Below the pieces are notes generated by a model that had not been told where the DNA came from, did no database searches, and worked only from the letters and a program-made list of their open reading frames with translations. From Anaerolineae bacterium (GTDB lineage Bacteria > Chloroflexota > Anaerolineae > UBA1429), in contig JAXGPZ010000001.1 in the NCBI GenBank assembly GCA_040766725.1, positions 2,947,215-3,011,214 on the forward strand: DNA of 64,000 nucleotides, written 5' to 3'. Position numbers and translations under genes: made by a program. The first letter of the stretch is position 1. Every line of letters starts with the position of its first letter. Shown piece after piece: positions 47,138 through 59,987 of the stretch.

Positions 47138-49507
47138 ATGACAAAGCGAACGGCAGACATCCTCTGGTATCGCGCCCCGGCCGACGACTGGCTGCGGGCG
47201 TTGCCCATCGGCAACGGGCGGTTGGGCGCGATGGTCTTTGGCGGCCGTGAGCGTGAAACGCTGCAACTCAATGAGGATACGCTCTGGTCTGGCGGGCCAC
47301 GCGAGACGGTGGCGCCCGACGGCGGCGCCAGCCTGCGCGAGATTCGCCGACTGGTGCAGGCCGGGCGCTATGCCGAGGCCGGCGAGGTCACCCGTCGGCT
47401 GCAGGGGCCATACAACGAGTCGTATCAGCCGCTGGGCTATCTCCACCTCGACCTGTGCCACGCCAAGGTGAGCGACTATCGGCGCGAGTTGGATATGGCC
47501 AGCGGCGTCCTGCGGGTCAGCTATCGGCTGGGCGAGGCGTGCCTGGCGCGCGAGGCCTTTGCCAGCTATCCCGACCAGGTCATCGCCCTGCGCCTGACGG
47601 CCGACCGGCCGGGCGCGCTCTCGTTCACGTTGCGGCTCGATTCGCTGCTGCGCCACGAGGTGGCCTGCGTCGGCTGGCAGACCTTGCGGCTGCACGGGCG
47701 CTGCCCGGTCCACGTCGAGCCCAGCTACCTGGGCGCTGTGCCCAACGCGGTCCTGTTCGACGACGGCGATGACGCCGCCGGCATGCGCGCCGCGTGTTGG
47801 GTGCGCCTGTTGACGCGCGGCGGCAGCGTCACCAGCGAGGGCGCGACGTTGACCGTCGCAGGGGCCGACGAGGTGACGCTGCTGCTGGCTGCGGCCAGCA
47901 GTTTTCGCGGGCCCGACCAGGAGCCCGGGCGCTCCTTTGAGCCGCTCGATGCCGCCTGCCGCGACACGCTCGACCGAGCGGCTGAGCTGGGTTGGGAGGC
48001 GTTGCGCGCCCGGCATGTGGCCGACCACCGCCGGCTCTATGGCGCCATGGCGCTCGACCTGGGGGGCGATCCTGGCGAGGACCTGGCCACCGACGAGCGC
48101 CTGGAGCGCGTCATCGCCGGCGCCGACGACGCCCTGCTGGCCGCTCAGTATCTGCAGTTCGGGCGCTACCTGTTGATCGCCAGCTCGCGGCCGGGCAGCC
48201 AACCTGCCAACCTGCAGGGCATCTGGGCCCAGGAGCTGCGCCCTGCCTGGAGCGCCAACTGGACGCTCAACATCAACGCCGAGATGAACTATTGGCATGC
48301 GCAGAGCACCGGCCTGCTAGAGTGTTTCGAGCCCTTTGTCGACATGGTGAGCGAGCTGGCCAGCGAGGGCGCCCGCATGGCCCGGCGCCTGTATGGCCTG
48401 CCTGGCTGGACGGCCCACCACAACACCGACATCTGGCGCACCGCGGCGCCCGTGGGCGGCGGCGACGGCGATCCCGTCTGGTCGATGTGGCCCATGGCCG
48501 GCGCCTGGCTCTGCCAGAACCTGTGGGATCAGTACGCCTTTACCGGCGACCGCGGCTACTTGCAGAGCCGGGCCTACCCGCTGCTCAAGGGCGCTGCGCT
48601 GTTCATGCTGGCCTGGCTCTATGAGGATGCGGACGGGCGCCTGATCACCTGCCCCTCGACATCGCCCGAGAACAAGTTCCTGGACGCCGAGGGGCGCCGC
48701 TGCGCCGTGACGCGCGCCAGCGCTATGGACATGGCCCTGGCCTGGGAGCTACTGACCCACACGGCGCAGGCTGCCGAGGTCCTGGGCGTCGACCAGCCTT
48801 TGCGCGACCGGTGCCTGGCAGCGCGCGAGCGGCTGGCGCCCTATCAGATCGGCAGCCGCGGCCAACTGCAGGAATGGGATCAGGATTTCGGCGAGGCCGA
48901 GCCAGGCCATCGCCACATCTCGCATCTCTACGGGGTCTATCCGGGGCACCAGATCACGCCCGATGGCACGCCGGAGCTGGCGGCCGCTGTCGAGCGCTCG
49001 CTGGAGCTGCGCCTGGCCAACGGGGGCGGCCACACCGGCTGGAGCTGCTCCTGGATCATCAACCAGTGGGCGCGGTTGCACAGGGCCGAGCGGGCCCATG
49101 AACAGCTCAACATCCTGCTGCGGCGCTCGACCTACCCCAACCTGTTCGACGTCCACCCGCCGTTCCAGATCGACGGCAACTTTGGTGGAGCTGCGGGCAT
49201 CGTCGAGATGCTGCTGCAGAGCCACGACGGCGTCGTACGGCTGTTGCCGGCGCTGCCCGCAGCGTGGCCCCAGGGTAGCGTGAGGGGCCTGCGCGCCCGC
49301 GGCGGCTTGATCGTCGACCTGGCGTGGCGCCAGGGGCAGATCGAGCGGGCCGAGCTGCGCGCCACCGTCGATGGCGCCTGCTCTCTGTGGTCGCCTCACG
49401 CCTGCACGGCCGTGCACCGTGGCGCAGAGGTCGCGGTGGCGGCCCGCGCGGCCAGATCGTTCGAACTGCTGGCAGGTGAGCGGCTCACCATCGAACGGCC
49501 ACGCTAG
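47138..49507 (+). CDS. glycoside hydrolase family 95 (alpha-L-fucosidase-type)
   Basis: '[28 protein letters not shown]...[13 protein letters not shown]' canonical GH95 N-terminus; ~790 aa. Confidence 0.8.
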   Translation: MTKRTADILWYRAPADDWLRALPIGNGRLGAMVFGGRERETLQLNEDTLWSGGPRETVAPDGGASLREIRRLVQAGRYAEAGEVTRRLQGPYNESYQPLGYLHLDLCHAKVSDYRRELDMASGVLRVSYRLGEACLAREAFASYPDQVIALRLTADRPGALSFTLRLDSLLRHEVACVGWQTLRLHGRCPVHVEPSYLGAVPNAVLFDDGDDAAGMRAACWVRLLTRGGSVTSEGATLTVAGADEVTLLLAAASSFRGPDQEPGRSFEPLDAACRDTLDRAAELGWEALRARHVADHRRLYGAMALDLGGDPGEDLATDERLERVIAGADDALLAAQYLQFGRYLLIASSRPGSQPANLQGIWAQELRPAWSANWTLNINAEMNYWHAQSTGLLECFEPFVDMVSELASEGARMARRLYGLPGWTAHHNTDIWRTAAPVGGGDGDPVWSMWPMAGAWLCQNLWDQYAFTGDRGYLQSRAYPLLKGAALFMLAWLYEDADGRLITCPSTSPENKFLDAEGRRCAVTRASAMDMALAWELLTHTAQAAEVLGVDQPLRDRCLAARERLAPYQIGSRGQLQEWDQDFGEAEPGHRHISHLYGVYPGHQITPDGTPELAAAVERSLELRLANGGGHTGWSCSWIINQWARLHRAERAHEQLNILLRRSTYPNLFDVHPPFQIDGNFGGAAGIVEMLLQSHDGVVRLLPALPAAWPQGSVRGLRARGGLIVDLAWRQGQIERAELRATVDGACSLWSPHACTAVHRGAEVAVAARAARSFELLAGERLTIERPR

Positions 49508-49604
49508 GCCGAATTGGCGCCCATACCTCTACATGGTATACTGGTCGCTAATGTGCATACCCCGGGTGCATAGCGCCCGGGGTGCTCTTGTTTACAAGGA
49601 GTGC

Positions 49605-50150
49605 ATGATGGCCGTCACTGTTCAGGACAACTGGGTCGTTAGCATGGACTATACGTTGCGCCTTGCCAACGGCGAGGTAGTGGACACTTCCGAAGGCCGC
49701 GAGCCGCTCGAGTTCATCCAGGGTCAGGGGCAGATCATCCCCGGCCTCGAGAAGGCTCTGCTGGGCATGGTCGTTGGCGAGGAAAAGGACATCACCGTGG
49801 CGCCCGCCGAGGGCTATGGCGAGGCCGAGCCGGGCCTCACAGAGAGCCTGCCGCGCGACGTCTTTCCCCCCGATGTCGAGGAAGGCGACTCGTTCCGCAT
49901 GCGCACCGAATCGGGGCATACGGTGATCGTCTATGTCGATAGCGTCACCGACGACACGGTGGTGGTGGACCTGAACCATCCGCTGGCCGGCGAGACGCTG
50001 CACTTTCATGTCAAGATCGTGGATGCGCGTGAGGCCACCGACGAAGACCTGGCCAGTTGCGCCGGGTGCAGCGGCTGCTCGTGCGGCGACCAAGAGTGCG
50101 ACTGCGAAGACGAGGGGTGCGATTGCGGCCATCACGGCCACAGCCACTGA
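49605..50150 (+). CDS. slyD: FKBP-type peptidyl-prolyl isomerase SlyD with Cys/His-rich metal-binding tail
   Basis: 'VVSMDYTLRLANGEVVDTS...LEFIQGQGQIIPGLEKALLGM' FKBP+IF domain; tail 'CAGCSGCSCGDQECDCEDEGCDCGHHGHSH'; AAGGA RBS before ATGATG. Confidence 0.75.
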   Translation: MMAVTVQDNWVVSMDYTLRLANGEVVDTSEGREPLEFIQGQGQIIPGLEKALLGMVVGEEKDITVAPAEGYGEAEPGLTESLPRDVFPPDVEEGDSFRMRTESGHTVIVYVDSVTDDTVVVDLNHPLAGETLHFHVKIVDAREATDEDLASCAGCSGCSCGDQECDCEDEGCDCGHHGHSH

Positions 50151-50156
50151 ACTCAC

Positions 50157-50191
50157 GAGCCCCCTGGCCTTGCCAGGGGGCTCTTTTTGTT
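50157..50191. terminator. rho-independent terminator shared by convergent slyD (+) and CYTH-CHAD (-) genes
   Basis: gagccccctgg-ccttg-ccagggggctc followed by tttttgtt. Confidence 0.7.
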
Positions 50192-52361
50192 ATGCTGCGC
50201 CTTTGCCACTCACCAGGCGCCTGAGCAGCCGCCGGCTGCGCTGAGCCCGAAAGGCGCCCCACACCTCGGCAAAGGAACCCGCCAGCGTCTCCTGGCGGAC
50301 CACACAGGCCTCGCGATAGGCCAGCGCCCCGGCGCTGGAACGCGAGCGCTCGTGGCCGCGCAGCGTGTCGTCGATCATCATGGCGGCCACATGCTGATCG
50401 TGCAGCTCGCCCAGATGATCCTGCAGCCGCACCACGGCCGGAATCAGCGCCTGCACCTCGTCGGGCAGCACCTCGCGAAAGAACTCGAGCCCATAGCGCA
50501 GCCGTTTGGCGTCGATGCGCAGCGCGTGCAGCATCTGCACCGGCGCGTCGGCGAGCACAGCATCATAGCTGGCCACGACGGCGTTCTGCACATACAGCAT
50601 CTTGGGCGCGAGCTGCCCGACGGCCTGAGCGCCCTCGGCCCACGCGTCTTCAACCGCAAGACTGGCCAGCAGCTCGGCCATGCTCTGCTGAAAACGCGTG
50701 TACTCGCGGCCATCGAGATAGCGCACCAGCGCCTGGCGGGCGCGGTCGCGTTGGCGGCGCCAACGCCTCAACAGGGGCTCCAGGTCGACGGTGTCATGGT
50801 CGGCGGCAAAGGTCTCGGCCCTGGCGATGGCCACATCGAGGTCGCGCACGGCCCCCAGGACATTGCCAGCCCTGCGCAGCCGCTCGTTGCAGCGGGCCAC
50901 CGCTGCACCGCTCAGATAGCCGCGAAACAGCCCCAGCGCCGAACGCATGCGCCGGGTCGCCACGCGCATGTCGTGAAGCTCTTCGGGGTCCTCGCCCAGG
51001 CGCGTGCCCGCCTCATGGGCGCGCATCTGCCGATACCAGTAGCCCAGCACCTTGCGCGCGGCGGTAGGCATAGCATCCCAGGGGTTGAGGCCCAACAGCT
51101 TCTGGCCCGCTGACGCCGAGAGCACCACGTCGCCGTCGGCCGAGAGCAGCCCCCACTCGAGCCGCGCGGCATGGAGCATGGCCCACAGGTCGCCGCGCCG
51201 GCTAGCACGGCTCGCTGCCTGCTCGTTGCCCGCGCCGGCCAGCAAGATGCGCATGGCGCCATCGACCGGGCGGATGTCGGCAATCGACACCTGAGGCTGG
51301 CGACCGATGGCAACGGCCAGACGCACCAACGCCGCCACGGCCAAAGCCCGTCGGCGCATCTCTGCGCCAAAAGTGCCCGGCAGCGCCTCGACGATGCGGT
51401 CTGGAGAGACTGCCTGACGCTGCAAAAAGAGCGCGGCAGCCACCACCTGCTCGTCTTCGTCGCAGAGCCCCACCAGCCGGTGGCGCAGGGCCAGGTCGCG
51501 CGCCACCAGATGGCCCGGCTGTTGTAACGCGACGCCGCTGAGCGCCGTCAGCAGCGCAGCGGTCTCCACGAGGCCTCGCGCGCCCTCGTCGAGCCCATGG
51601 GCCGTCTGCAGCCCGTCATAGAGCTGCAAGGCCAGCCTGGCGACGGCCTCGGCCTCGGCCAGGTCGGCCCCATAGCGCGCCAGCAGCTCGCGCGAAGTCA
51701 CCGGGCGCAGCCGTTCGCGCAGATCGATCTCGGGCAGGCCACCGCGCTCGATCAGCTCCAGCGCGCGGCGCAGCTTGCTGCGGGGCTCGGGCAGCAGGTC
51801 ATAGTCAGCCACCAGCAGCGCGTCGAGCCTGTGGAGGTCGTCCAGGGCGCCATCGGGCTCGAGCTCGCATTCGAGCATATAGCTCTGGTGATGCAGCCCG
51901 CGGCCCTGGCAGCGCACGCGATCGAGCGATAGCGTCGCCACCACCCGATCGCCGTCGAGCACGGTCAGGGCGCGCCGGCGCTGCCTGATGACGAGCAGTG
52001 TGCCCAGCGGGCTGCCGCCACACAGCTCGCCCACTCTGTCGCGCAGTTCGCCCTGAGGCCACTGGGCATAGTCGCGGATGGCGCCGGGCAGCGTGATCTC
52101 GATCTCGGGGCGCGTGTGCACCGCGCCCTCGCCGGTGCGCGGCCCCTTGAGTGTGGCCAACCAGCGCATGCCGTCGTGGCGCAGGCGGCAGGCCCAGCCC
52201 TGCCTCGTGAGGGCGCGGCCCTGCGAGTCGAGGTATTCGTCGGTCGTGCGGGTCTCACCCCGGGGCTTGAGGGTATAGGCGCCCAGAGCCCGCAGCGCGG
52301 CCAGGCGGGCGACCAGCAACCGATCGGGTACGATATAGCGAGACTCGACCTCGTCGTTCAT
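50190..52361 (-). CDS. CYTH-domain (triphosphate tunnel) + CHAD-domain protein
   Basis: N-terminal 'ESRYIVPDRLL...' CYTH-like; C-terminal 'HDMRVATRRMRSALGLFRGYL' CHAD motif. Confidence 0.65.
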   Translation of the reverse strand: MNDEVESRYIVPDRLLVARLAALRALGAYTLKPRGETRTTDEYLDSQGRALTRQGWACRLRHDGMRWLATLKGPRTGEGAVHTRPEIEITLPGAIRDYAQWPQGELRDRVGELCGGSPLGTLLVIRQRRRALTVLDGDRVVATLSLDRVRCQGRGLHHQSYMLECELEPDGALDDLHRLDALLVADYDLLPEPRSKLRRALELIERGGLPEIDLRERLRPVTSRELLARYGADLAEAEAVARLALQLYDGLQTAHGLDEGARGLVETAALLTALSGVALQQPGHLVARDLALRHRLVGLCDEDEQVVAAALFLQRQAVSPDRIVEALPGTFGAEMRRRALAVAALVRLAVAIGRQPQVSIADIRPVDGAMRILLAGAGNEQAASRASRRGDLWAMLHAARLEWGLLSADGDVVLSASAGQKLLGLNPWDAMPTAARKVLGYWYRQMRAHEAGTRLGEDPEELHDMRVATRRMRSALGLFRGYLSGAAVARCNERLRRAGNVLGAVRDLDVAIARAETFAADHDTVDLEPLLRRWRRQRDRARQALVRYLDGREYTRFQQSMAELLASLAVEDAWAEGAQAVGQLAPKMLYVQNAVVASYDAVLADAPVQMLHALRIDAKRLRYGLEFFREVLPDEVQALIPAVVRLQDHLGELHDQHVAAMMIDDTLRGHERSRSSAGALAYREACVVRQETLAGSFAEVWGAFRAQRSRRLLRRLVSGKGAA

Positions 52362-52459
52362 CGCCGCCTCACCTCCTGGGGCCCCTGCGGCAAAACGAGC
52401 GTTGCGATCAACGGATTATCGTCCGCTTGCGGGCGTCTGTCCACCGCGTTGTGCAACCG

Positions 52460-53539
52460 TTAGGGCTCGAGGATCACCTTGATCGACTCGTCGCCGGCGT
52501 GCGCCAGATCGAGCCCGCGTTGAAACTCGGCCAGCGGCAGACGGTGCGTTGCCAGCGCCTCGCCATCGAGCTGGCCCTTGAGCAGATAGTCGATGGCCAG
52601 CGGATAGCAGTAGGGTCCCAAGTGCGAGCCGTGGATGTTGAGCTCTTTCTGGTCGCCGATGATCGACCAGTCGACGGCCACCGGCCCGGCATGCACGCTG
52701 AACTCGACAAAGGTGCCCAGGCGGCGGATCATCTGCAGCCCCTGGCCCACAGCGGGCCCGGCGCCGGTGGCCTCAATGTAGACGTCGCAGCCATAGCCCT
52801 CGGTGAGGCCCTTGATACGCGCGATGGCGTCCTCTGCGGCCACGTTGATGGCCAGGTCGGCGCCCATATACTCGGCCAGACGCAGCCGATGGGGCTTGAC
52901 ATCGAGGGCGATCAGCAAGCCAGGGCTCTTGAGCCGCGCCACGGCCAGCATGCCCAGCCCGATGGGCCCCATGCCCGCCACCACCACCGTGTCGCCCAAC
53001 CCGATCTCGGCGCGATCGACGGCATGGATGGCGCAGGCCATCGGCTCGATCAGCGCGGCATGGTGGGCCGGCAGCTCGCGAGGCACGCGGTGGTTGATGG
53101 CGCCTGCCGGAAAGAGCATGTACTCGGCCCAGGAGCCTTCGGCCAGGCCCCGTTTGAAGCCATAGATGGCATGGCGCTCGCACATCCAGTATTGCCCGCG
53201 CCGGCAGAAGCGACACTGCCAGCAGGGCACGATCTGCTCAGAGATGGCATGGTCGCCGATCTGCAGGCCATACTTTTCGGTGGCGCCCTCGCCCAGCGCC
53301 ACCACCTCACCCACAAACTCGTGCCCCGGCGTCACCGGCACGTCGATATAGGACGCGATCTCGTCGCTGCCCCACACGCGGTGTCCCTCATACGTCTTGA
53401 CGTCGGATGCGCAGATGCCCGTCGCCAGCACCCTGACCAGCACCTCGCCCGGCCCCGGCTGCGGCACGGGCACCTCTTCGAGGCGATAGTCGCGAACGCC
53501 ATGCACGCGCACGGCCTTCATCGTCTTGGGGATTGCCAT
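52460..53539 (-). CDS. zinc-dependent medium-chain alcohol/threonine/sorbitol-type dehydrogenase
   Basis: 'ATGICASDVKTYEGH' catalytic Zn, 'GHEFVGEVV', structural Zn Cys cluster 'CWQCRFCRRGQYWMC', 'VVVAGMGPIGL' Rossmann; AGGAGG RBS. Confidence 0.8.
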   Translation of the reverse strand: MAIPKTMKAVRVHGVRDYRLEEVPVPQPGPGEVLVRVLATGICASDVKTYEGHRVWGSDEIASYIDVPVTPGHEFVGEVVALGEGATEKYGLQIGDHAISEQIVPCWQCRFCRRGQYWMCERHAIYGFKRGLAEGSWAEYMLFPAGAINHRVPRELPAHHAALIEPMACAIHAVDRAEIGLGDTVVVAGMGPIGLGMLAVARLKSPGLLIALDVKPHRLRLAEYMGADLAINVAAEDAIARIKGLTEGYGCDVYIEATGAGPAVGQGLQMIRRLGTFVEFSVHAGPVAVDWSIIGDQKELNIHGSHLGPYCYPLAIDYLLKGQLDGEALATHRLPLAEFQRGLDLAHAGDESIKVILEP

Positions 53540-53610
53540 CGACACTCCTCCTTGCAGGTTGTGCCGGCATAGCCCGGCCCGCATGTCATCTTTGTCTATC
53601 GGCGCTGCCT

Positions 53611-55689
<2,079 letters not shown>

Positions 55690-55816
55690 GGTGACCTCCC
55701 ACCTCGGCATGGGCGAATTGTACCCTTGCGCCTGCGGCGGGCCAAAGCGTCTGCCCGCTTGCTGCAGGACCGGGCTATGGCGATAATGTCGCCAGCCCGC
55801 CGCACAGGAGTGAGCG

Positions 55817-57238
55817 ATGCCCAAGACCAAGATCGTGGCGACCATCGGCCCCGCCTCTAGCACGCCCGAGCGCATCGGCGCGCTGCTGCGCGCCGGCATG
55901 AACGTGGCGCGGCTGAACCTCTCGCATGGCTCTCACGCCGAGCATGCGCGCAACATCACCATGTTGCGGGCCTGCGCGCAAGAGGCCGATACGCCGCTGG
56001 CGATCTTGCTCGACCTGCAGGGCCCCAAAATCCGCACGGGCGCCCTGGCAGGGGGCGGGCCCGTGCCGTTGGTGGATGGTGACACGCTCACCATCACCAC
56101 GCGCGAAGTGGTGGGCACAGCGCACACTGTGAGCACCACCTACGCCTCGCTGCCCCACGACGTGTCGCCAGGGGCACGCATCCTCATCTCTGACGGGCTC
56201 ATCGAACTGCGCGTCGTGGCCGTCGATAGTGAACAGGTGCGCTGCGAGGTGGTGCACGGCGGCGAACTGCGCGAGCATCAGGGCATCAACCTGCCGGGCG
56301 CGCCTCTGAGCACGCCCGCAGTGACCGACAAAGACCTCGAGGACCTGATGTTCGGGCTCGAGCAAGAGGTGGACTATGTCGCCATCTCGTTCGTGCGGCG
56401 CGCCAGCGACGTCACGCAGGTGCGCGACCTGATCGCGCGCCAGGGCCACGACACGCCGGTGATCGCCAAGCTCGAAAAGCCGGAAGCGGTGCACGCCCTC
56501 GACGAAATCCTCAAGGTGTGCGACGCCGTCATGGTGGCACGCGGCGATATGGGCGTAGAGATGGCGCCCGAAACCGTGCCCGCGGTGCAAAAGGAGATCA
56601 TCCGCAAGGCCAACCACTATGGGCGGCCGGTCATCACGGCCACGCAGATGCTACAGTCGATGATCGAGAGCCCGCAGCCCACTCGCGCCGAGGTCAGCGA
56701 CGTGGCCAACGCCATCATCGATGGCAGCGACGCTATCATGCTCAGTGGCGAGACGGCCATCGGCCACTATCCCGTCGCGGCCGTTGAGATGATGGTGCGC
56801 ATCGCCGAGGAAGTGGAGCGGCGTGGCCTGGTGCCCACCTCGGCCGATGACACGCTGTTCGAGGATGTGCCATCGATGCCCGAGGCGATCGCGGCGGCGG
56901 TCAGTGCGCTGGTCAGAGCGCTGCCAACGCGAGCGATCTGCGTCGTCACCAAGACCGGCAACACAGCTCGGCTGCTCTCGCAGCGGCGCCCCCACGTGCC
57001 CATCCTCGCGTTCACGCCCATCGAGGCCACCTACCGACGGCTGAGCCTGATGTGGGGTGTGACACCGCTGAAGAACGCCTACGCCTACACCGAAGAGGAC
57101 TATTACCAGCAGATCCAGACCGCCCTGGTGGCGGGGGGCTATGCCGCCGAGGGCGATTGTGTGGTGGTCACGGGGGGGCACCCCATCGTGCAGGGCGGGC
57201 CGACGAACTTTCTCAAGATCATGGCGGTGCTGGGCTAG
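55817..57238 (+). CDS. pyk: pyruvate kinase
   Basis: 'MPKTKIVATIGPAS', 'MNVARLNLSHG', 'VMVARGDMGVE' canonical PK motifs. Confidence 0.9.
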   Translation: MPKTKIVATIGPASSTPERIGALLRAGMNVARLNLSHGSHAEHARNITMLRACAQEADTPLAILLDLQGPKIRTGALAGGGPVPLVDGDTLTITTREVVGTAHTVSTTYASLPHDVSPGARILISDGLIELRVVAVDSEQVRCEVVHGGELREHQGINLPGAPLSTPAVTDKDLEDLMFGLEQEVDYVAISFVRRASDVTQVRDLIARQGHDTPVIAKLEKPEAVHALDEILKVCDAVMVARGDMGVEMAPETVPAVQKEIIRKANHYGRPVITATQMLQSMIESPQPTRAEVSDVANAIIDGSDAIMLSGETAIGHYPVAAVEMMVRIAEEVERRGLVPTSADDTLFEDVPSMPEAIAAAVSALVRALPTRAICVVTKTGNTARLLSQRRPHVPILAFTPIEATYRRLSLMWGVTPLKNAYAYTEEDYYQQIQTALVAGGYAAEGDCVVVTGGHPIVQGGPTNFLKIMAVLG

Positions 57239-58506
57239 CCACGCCGGATGCCGTGCAGGCCGCGCGGGCCATCGGGTTCGGCGGCGCGCGGCGCCGATTG
57301 GGCGGCGTTGGTGGCGGCTGCCACCTGGGTCATTTCGAGCTGCAGCGCCTCGGGCGACGCAAAGAGCTGCCAGGCTGGCGCTTCGCACGGCGGCGAAGGC
57401 TGTCTGTTGGCCAGGCGACGCAGCATGGCGGTGCGCTCGCCGAGGGGCGGGTGTGCGTCGGCCGGTGGCTCGCTGGCCCGCAGCGCCGCCTGATAGCGCT
57501 GTTCAAAGGTCGGGTCAGCTCCAGCGCTGGGCTCGGGCAGGCGGTAGAGGTTGCGCACCGGCCGGCCCGTCACGGCCGCCTCTGTCAGCTCGGCCTCGGC
57601 CAACGCCAGGTGCACCGCGCTGTTATGCACCTGCTTGTTGATGGCCGCCAGCGCCCTTTCGGCGCCATAGAGCGCCGCATAGCGATCGGCGACCACCTCG
57701 CGATAGCGGTCAACCGCCAGCGTCAGCCTCCGACCCAGGCGCTCGTATTGGCCCAGGATGACCCAGGCCGGGTGCCACGACCCCGCCAGCCCGCGTTCGC
57801 GCAGCGCATCCTGGCCCTTTTGGATCTGCTCGCGCAGATGCCAGGCAAGGTGTCCGCCGACCAGGTCGCGTTCGAGCAGGTGCGCCAGCTCGTGGGCCAG
57901 GATCGGCCGCAGTTCGGCCACGTCCAGGTTGCGCAGGGCGCCCAGGCCGATGATCAGGTAGCGCTCTTCGGCGCCGCGCAGGGCCCGTCTGAGGCTTTTC
58001 CCGCGCACCACGCCGATCTCTGACCAGGGGGATACATAGATGGCATCCACCGGGCGGGCGCCCAGTCGGTTCGCGACGGCGTCCACCTCGGCCCACAGGC
58101 CAGGCGCCTCCAGGCGCGAAAGGGGCCGGCCCGGAGGGCGCAGAGGCGCTCGCCGGGCTATGGCCGCCAGCCACGACCACAGCGTGTAGACGAGATAGAC
58201 CAGCAGCAGCGTGCCCGCCGTAGAGACATGCCCGCTCAGGCGATAGGCGCGCCACACGAGGCCGGCGACCAGCGCCGCCAGCAGGATGCCGCAGGGCACG
58301 GCGCAGTGCATGTGCGCCGTCACCGCCACGATGGCGGCGTGATGAGCCGTCAAGAGGGCGCGTTCGGCGGTGGTGGTGCGTTCAGCGGGTAGCCGATCGG
58401 ACACTGCGGGGTGTCGCTCGGCTGCTCTGCTCAGCGCCAGCACGGCCAGCCAGAGCAGGGCCAGGCCGACCAGCCAGCCACCGATGGCCCAGGCGATGAC
58501 GATCAT
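57235..58506 (-). CDS. M48-family zinc metalloprotease (HtpX-like), membrane
   Basis: N-terminal TMs; 'ILAHELAHLLERD' HEXXH. Confidence 0.75.
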   Translation of the reverse strand: MIVIAWAIGGWLVGLALLWLAVLALSRAAERHPAVSDRLPAERTTTAERALLTAHHAAIVAVTAHMHCAVPCGILLAALVAGLVWRAYRLSGHVSTAGTLLLVYLVYTLWSWLAAIARRAPLRPPGRPLSRLEAPGLWAEVDAVANRLGARPVDAIYVSPWSEIGVVRGKSLRRALRGAEERYLIIGLGALRNLDVAELRPILAHELAHLLERDLVGGHLAWHLREQIQKGQDALRERGLAGSWHPAWVILGQYERLGRRLTLAVDRYREVVADRYAALYGAERALAAINKQVHNSAVHLALAEAELTEAAVTGRPVRNLYRLPEPSAGADPTFEQRYQAALRASEPPADAHPPLGERTAMLRRLANRQPSPPCEAPAWQLFASPEALQLEMTQVAAATNAAQSAPRAAEPDGPRGLHGIRRG

Positions 58507-58570
58507 CGCGCCCGCATCCCCATGCGCATCTCCCCAGACCGATAGCCCGTGGCGCCTGCCTCACCGCCAC

Positions 58571-59908
58571 TCACGCGGGTTGCTGTGTGGCGCCGCCGGG
58601 CTCGTGACGCTCCTCGTAGCTCCAGTCGAATGCACCCCGCAGATACATCGCCAGGAACATCAACGCAGCGGCGCCGCGGCCCGCCGCCGAGAGCAGCAGG
58701 TTGGCGCGAAAGCCATAGGCCTCATAGATCCAGCCTGCCGGGATGGGCACGATGATCGCCGCGATGGCGCTGACGGCGTTGGCCAGGGCGATGAACTGGG
58801 CGCGGTGCTCGCGCGGCGTGATGCTCAGGATGAGCGGCAAGCCAGCCACATGCACACAGGCCCAGGCAACGACGCCATACGCCTTGGCGGCCAACACACC
58901 CCAGGCCGACTGGGCCAGGTACCATGCCAGCGGCATAAAGGGCACGAGCAGCATGCCCAGGGCCGTCATCTTGGCATAGTTCCTGTCATTGACCAGCCTG
59001 CCGGCGGCCGTGAGGGCAAACACGTTGACCACCGCCGTGGCCGTGGCCAAGAGGGCGATGGTGTCCACGCTCAGCCCCAGGTTCTCGCGCATGTGCACAG
59101 TGAAAAAGGGGGCCGAGATCTGGATGCCAAACTGCCACACGAACTGCACCCCGCAGTAGAGCAAAAAGCGCCGGTCGCCCAGGAATAGCGCCAGACCGCC
59201 TCTGGACTTGGCCTGCACCCTGGAAGAGCGCTCTGCGCTCTCAGGCTCGGGGATCTGGGCATAGAACCAGGTGGCCACAAAACCCAGCACGGCGGCGATG
59301 AGCATCGTCACCTGGTAGCCGGCTGCGCCCGAGATCAGCCGGATGATGTAGCCGGCCAGGGGCACCACGCCGACGACGATCACATTGCCGGCCACCATAG
59401 CCAGGGAGTTCCAGCGGCTGCGTATGCCGGGCGGGAACACGTCGCCCTGAAGCGACTGCGCGGGCGGACCTGAGATCGACCCGGCGAGAGAGCGGATGCA
59501 CATCAGCACAATGACGATGATGACGGCGGTGAGCCCGTTGAAGAGCAGCGGCACCACCGCCGATAGCGCCAGCGTGAGCCGCCCCAGGCCGCCAGAGCTC
59601 AGCACCACCCAGATCTTGCGTTTGCCTGTGCGCGCCACCAGCATGGCGCCGATGAGCGGCCCCAGCAACGTCATGGCGTTGTTGAAGGAGCTCATCGTGC
59701 CGATCATGCCGCTGGTGCCGCCCAGCTCGAGGATAAAGAGCGTCACGAACTCGGCATAGAAGGCGACGCTCATGTTGGCAAAGAGCAGGTCCCACCACAG
59801 GTACTTGATGCCTTCGCGTTGCTGCGCTGTGGTGCCGGCAATAGGGTAAGGGTGGGTAATGCTATGACGGATGTGTCGCAGGACGCGTCGAAGCGTTCCC
59901 TTGTTCAC
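58571..59908 (-). CDS. MFS transporter (start uncertain; GTG ~59908 after AAGGA)
   Basis: 12-TM profile; 'ARTGKRKIWVV' MFS loop 2-3 motif; listed ATG 60010 gives implausible leader. Confidence 0.6.
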   Translation of the reverse strand: MNKGTLRRVLRHIRHSITHPYPIAGTTAQQREGIKYLWWDLLFANMSVAFYAEFVTLFILELGGTSGMIGTMSSFNNAMTLLGPLIGAMLVARTGKRKIWVVLSSGGLGRLTLALSAVVPLLFNGLTAVIIVIVLMCIRSLAGSISGPPAQSLQGDVFPPGIRSRWNSLAMVAGNVIVVGVVPLAGYIIRLISGAAGYQVTMLIAAVLGFVATWFYAQIPEPESAERSSRVQAKSRGGLALFLGDRRFLLYCGVQFVWQFGIQISAPFFTVHMRENLGLSVDTIALLATATAVVNVFALTAAGRLVNDRNYAKMTALGMLLVPFMPLAWYLAQSAWGVLAAKAYGVVAWACVHVAGLPLILSITPREHRAQFIALANAVSAIAAIIVPIPAGWIYEAYGFRANLLLSAAGRGAAALMFLAMYLRGAFDWSYEERHEPGGATQQPA

Positions 59909-59987
59909 GCACACCGATCCTTCTCGTGGTGTTGGCTGCGTCTCGGCCACTCTGACGCTGAGGCAGTATATCGCGGGGAAGCAGCAA

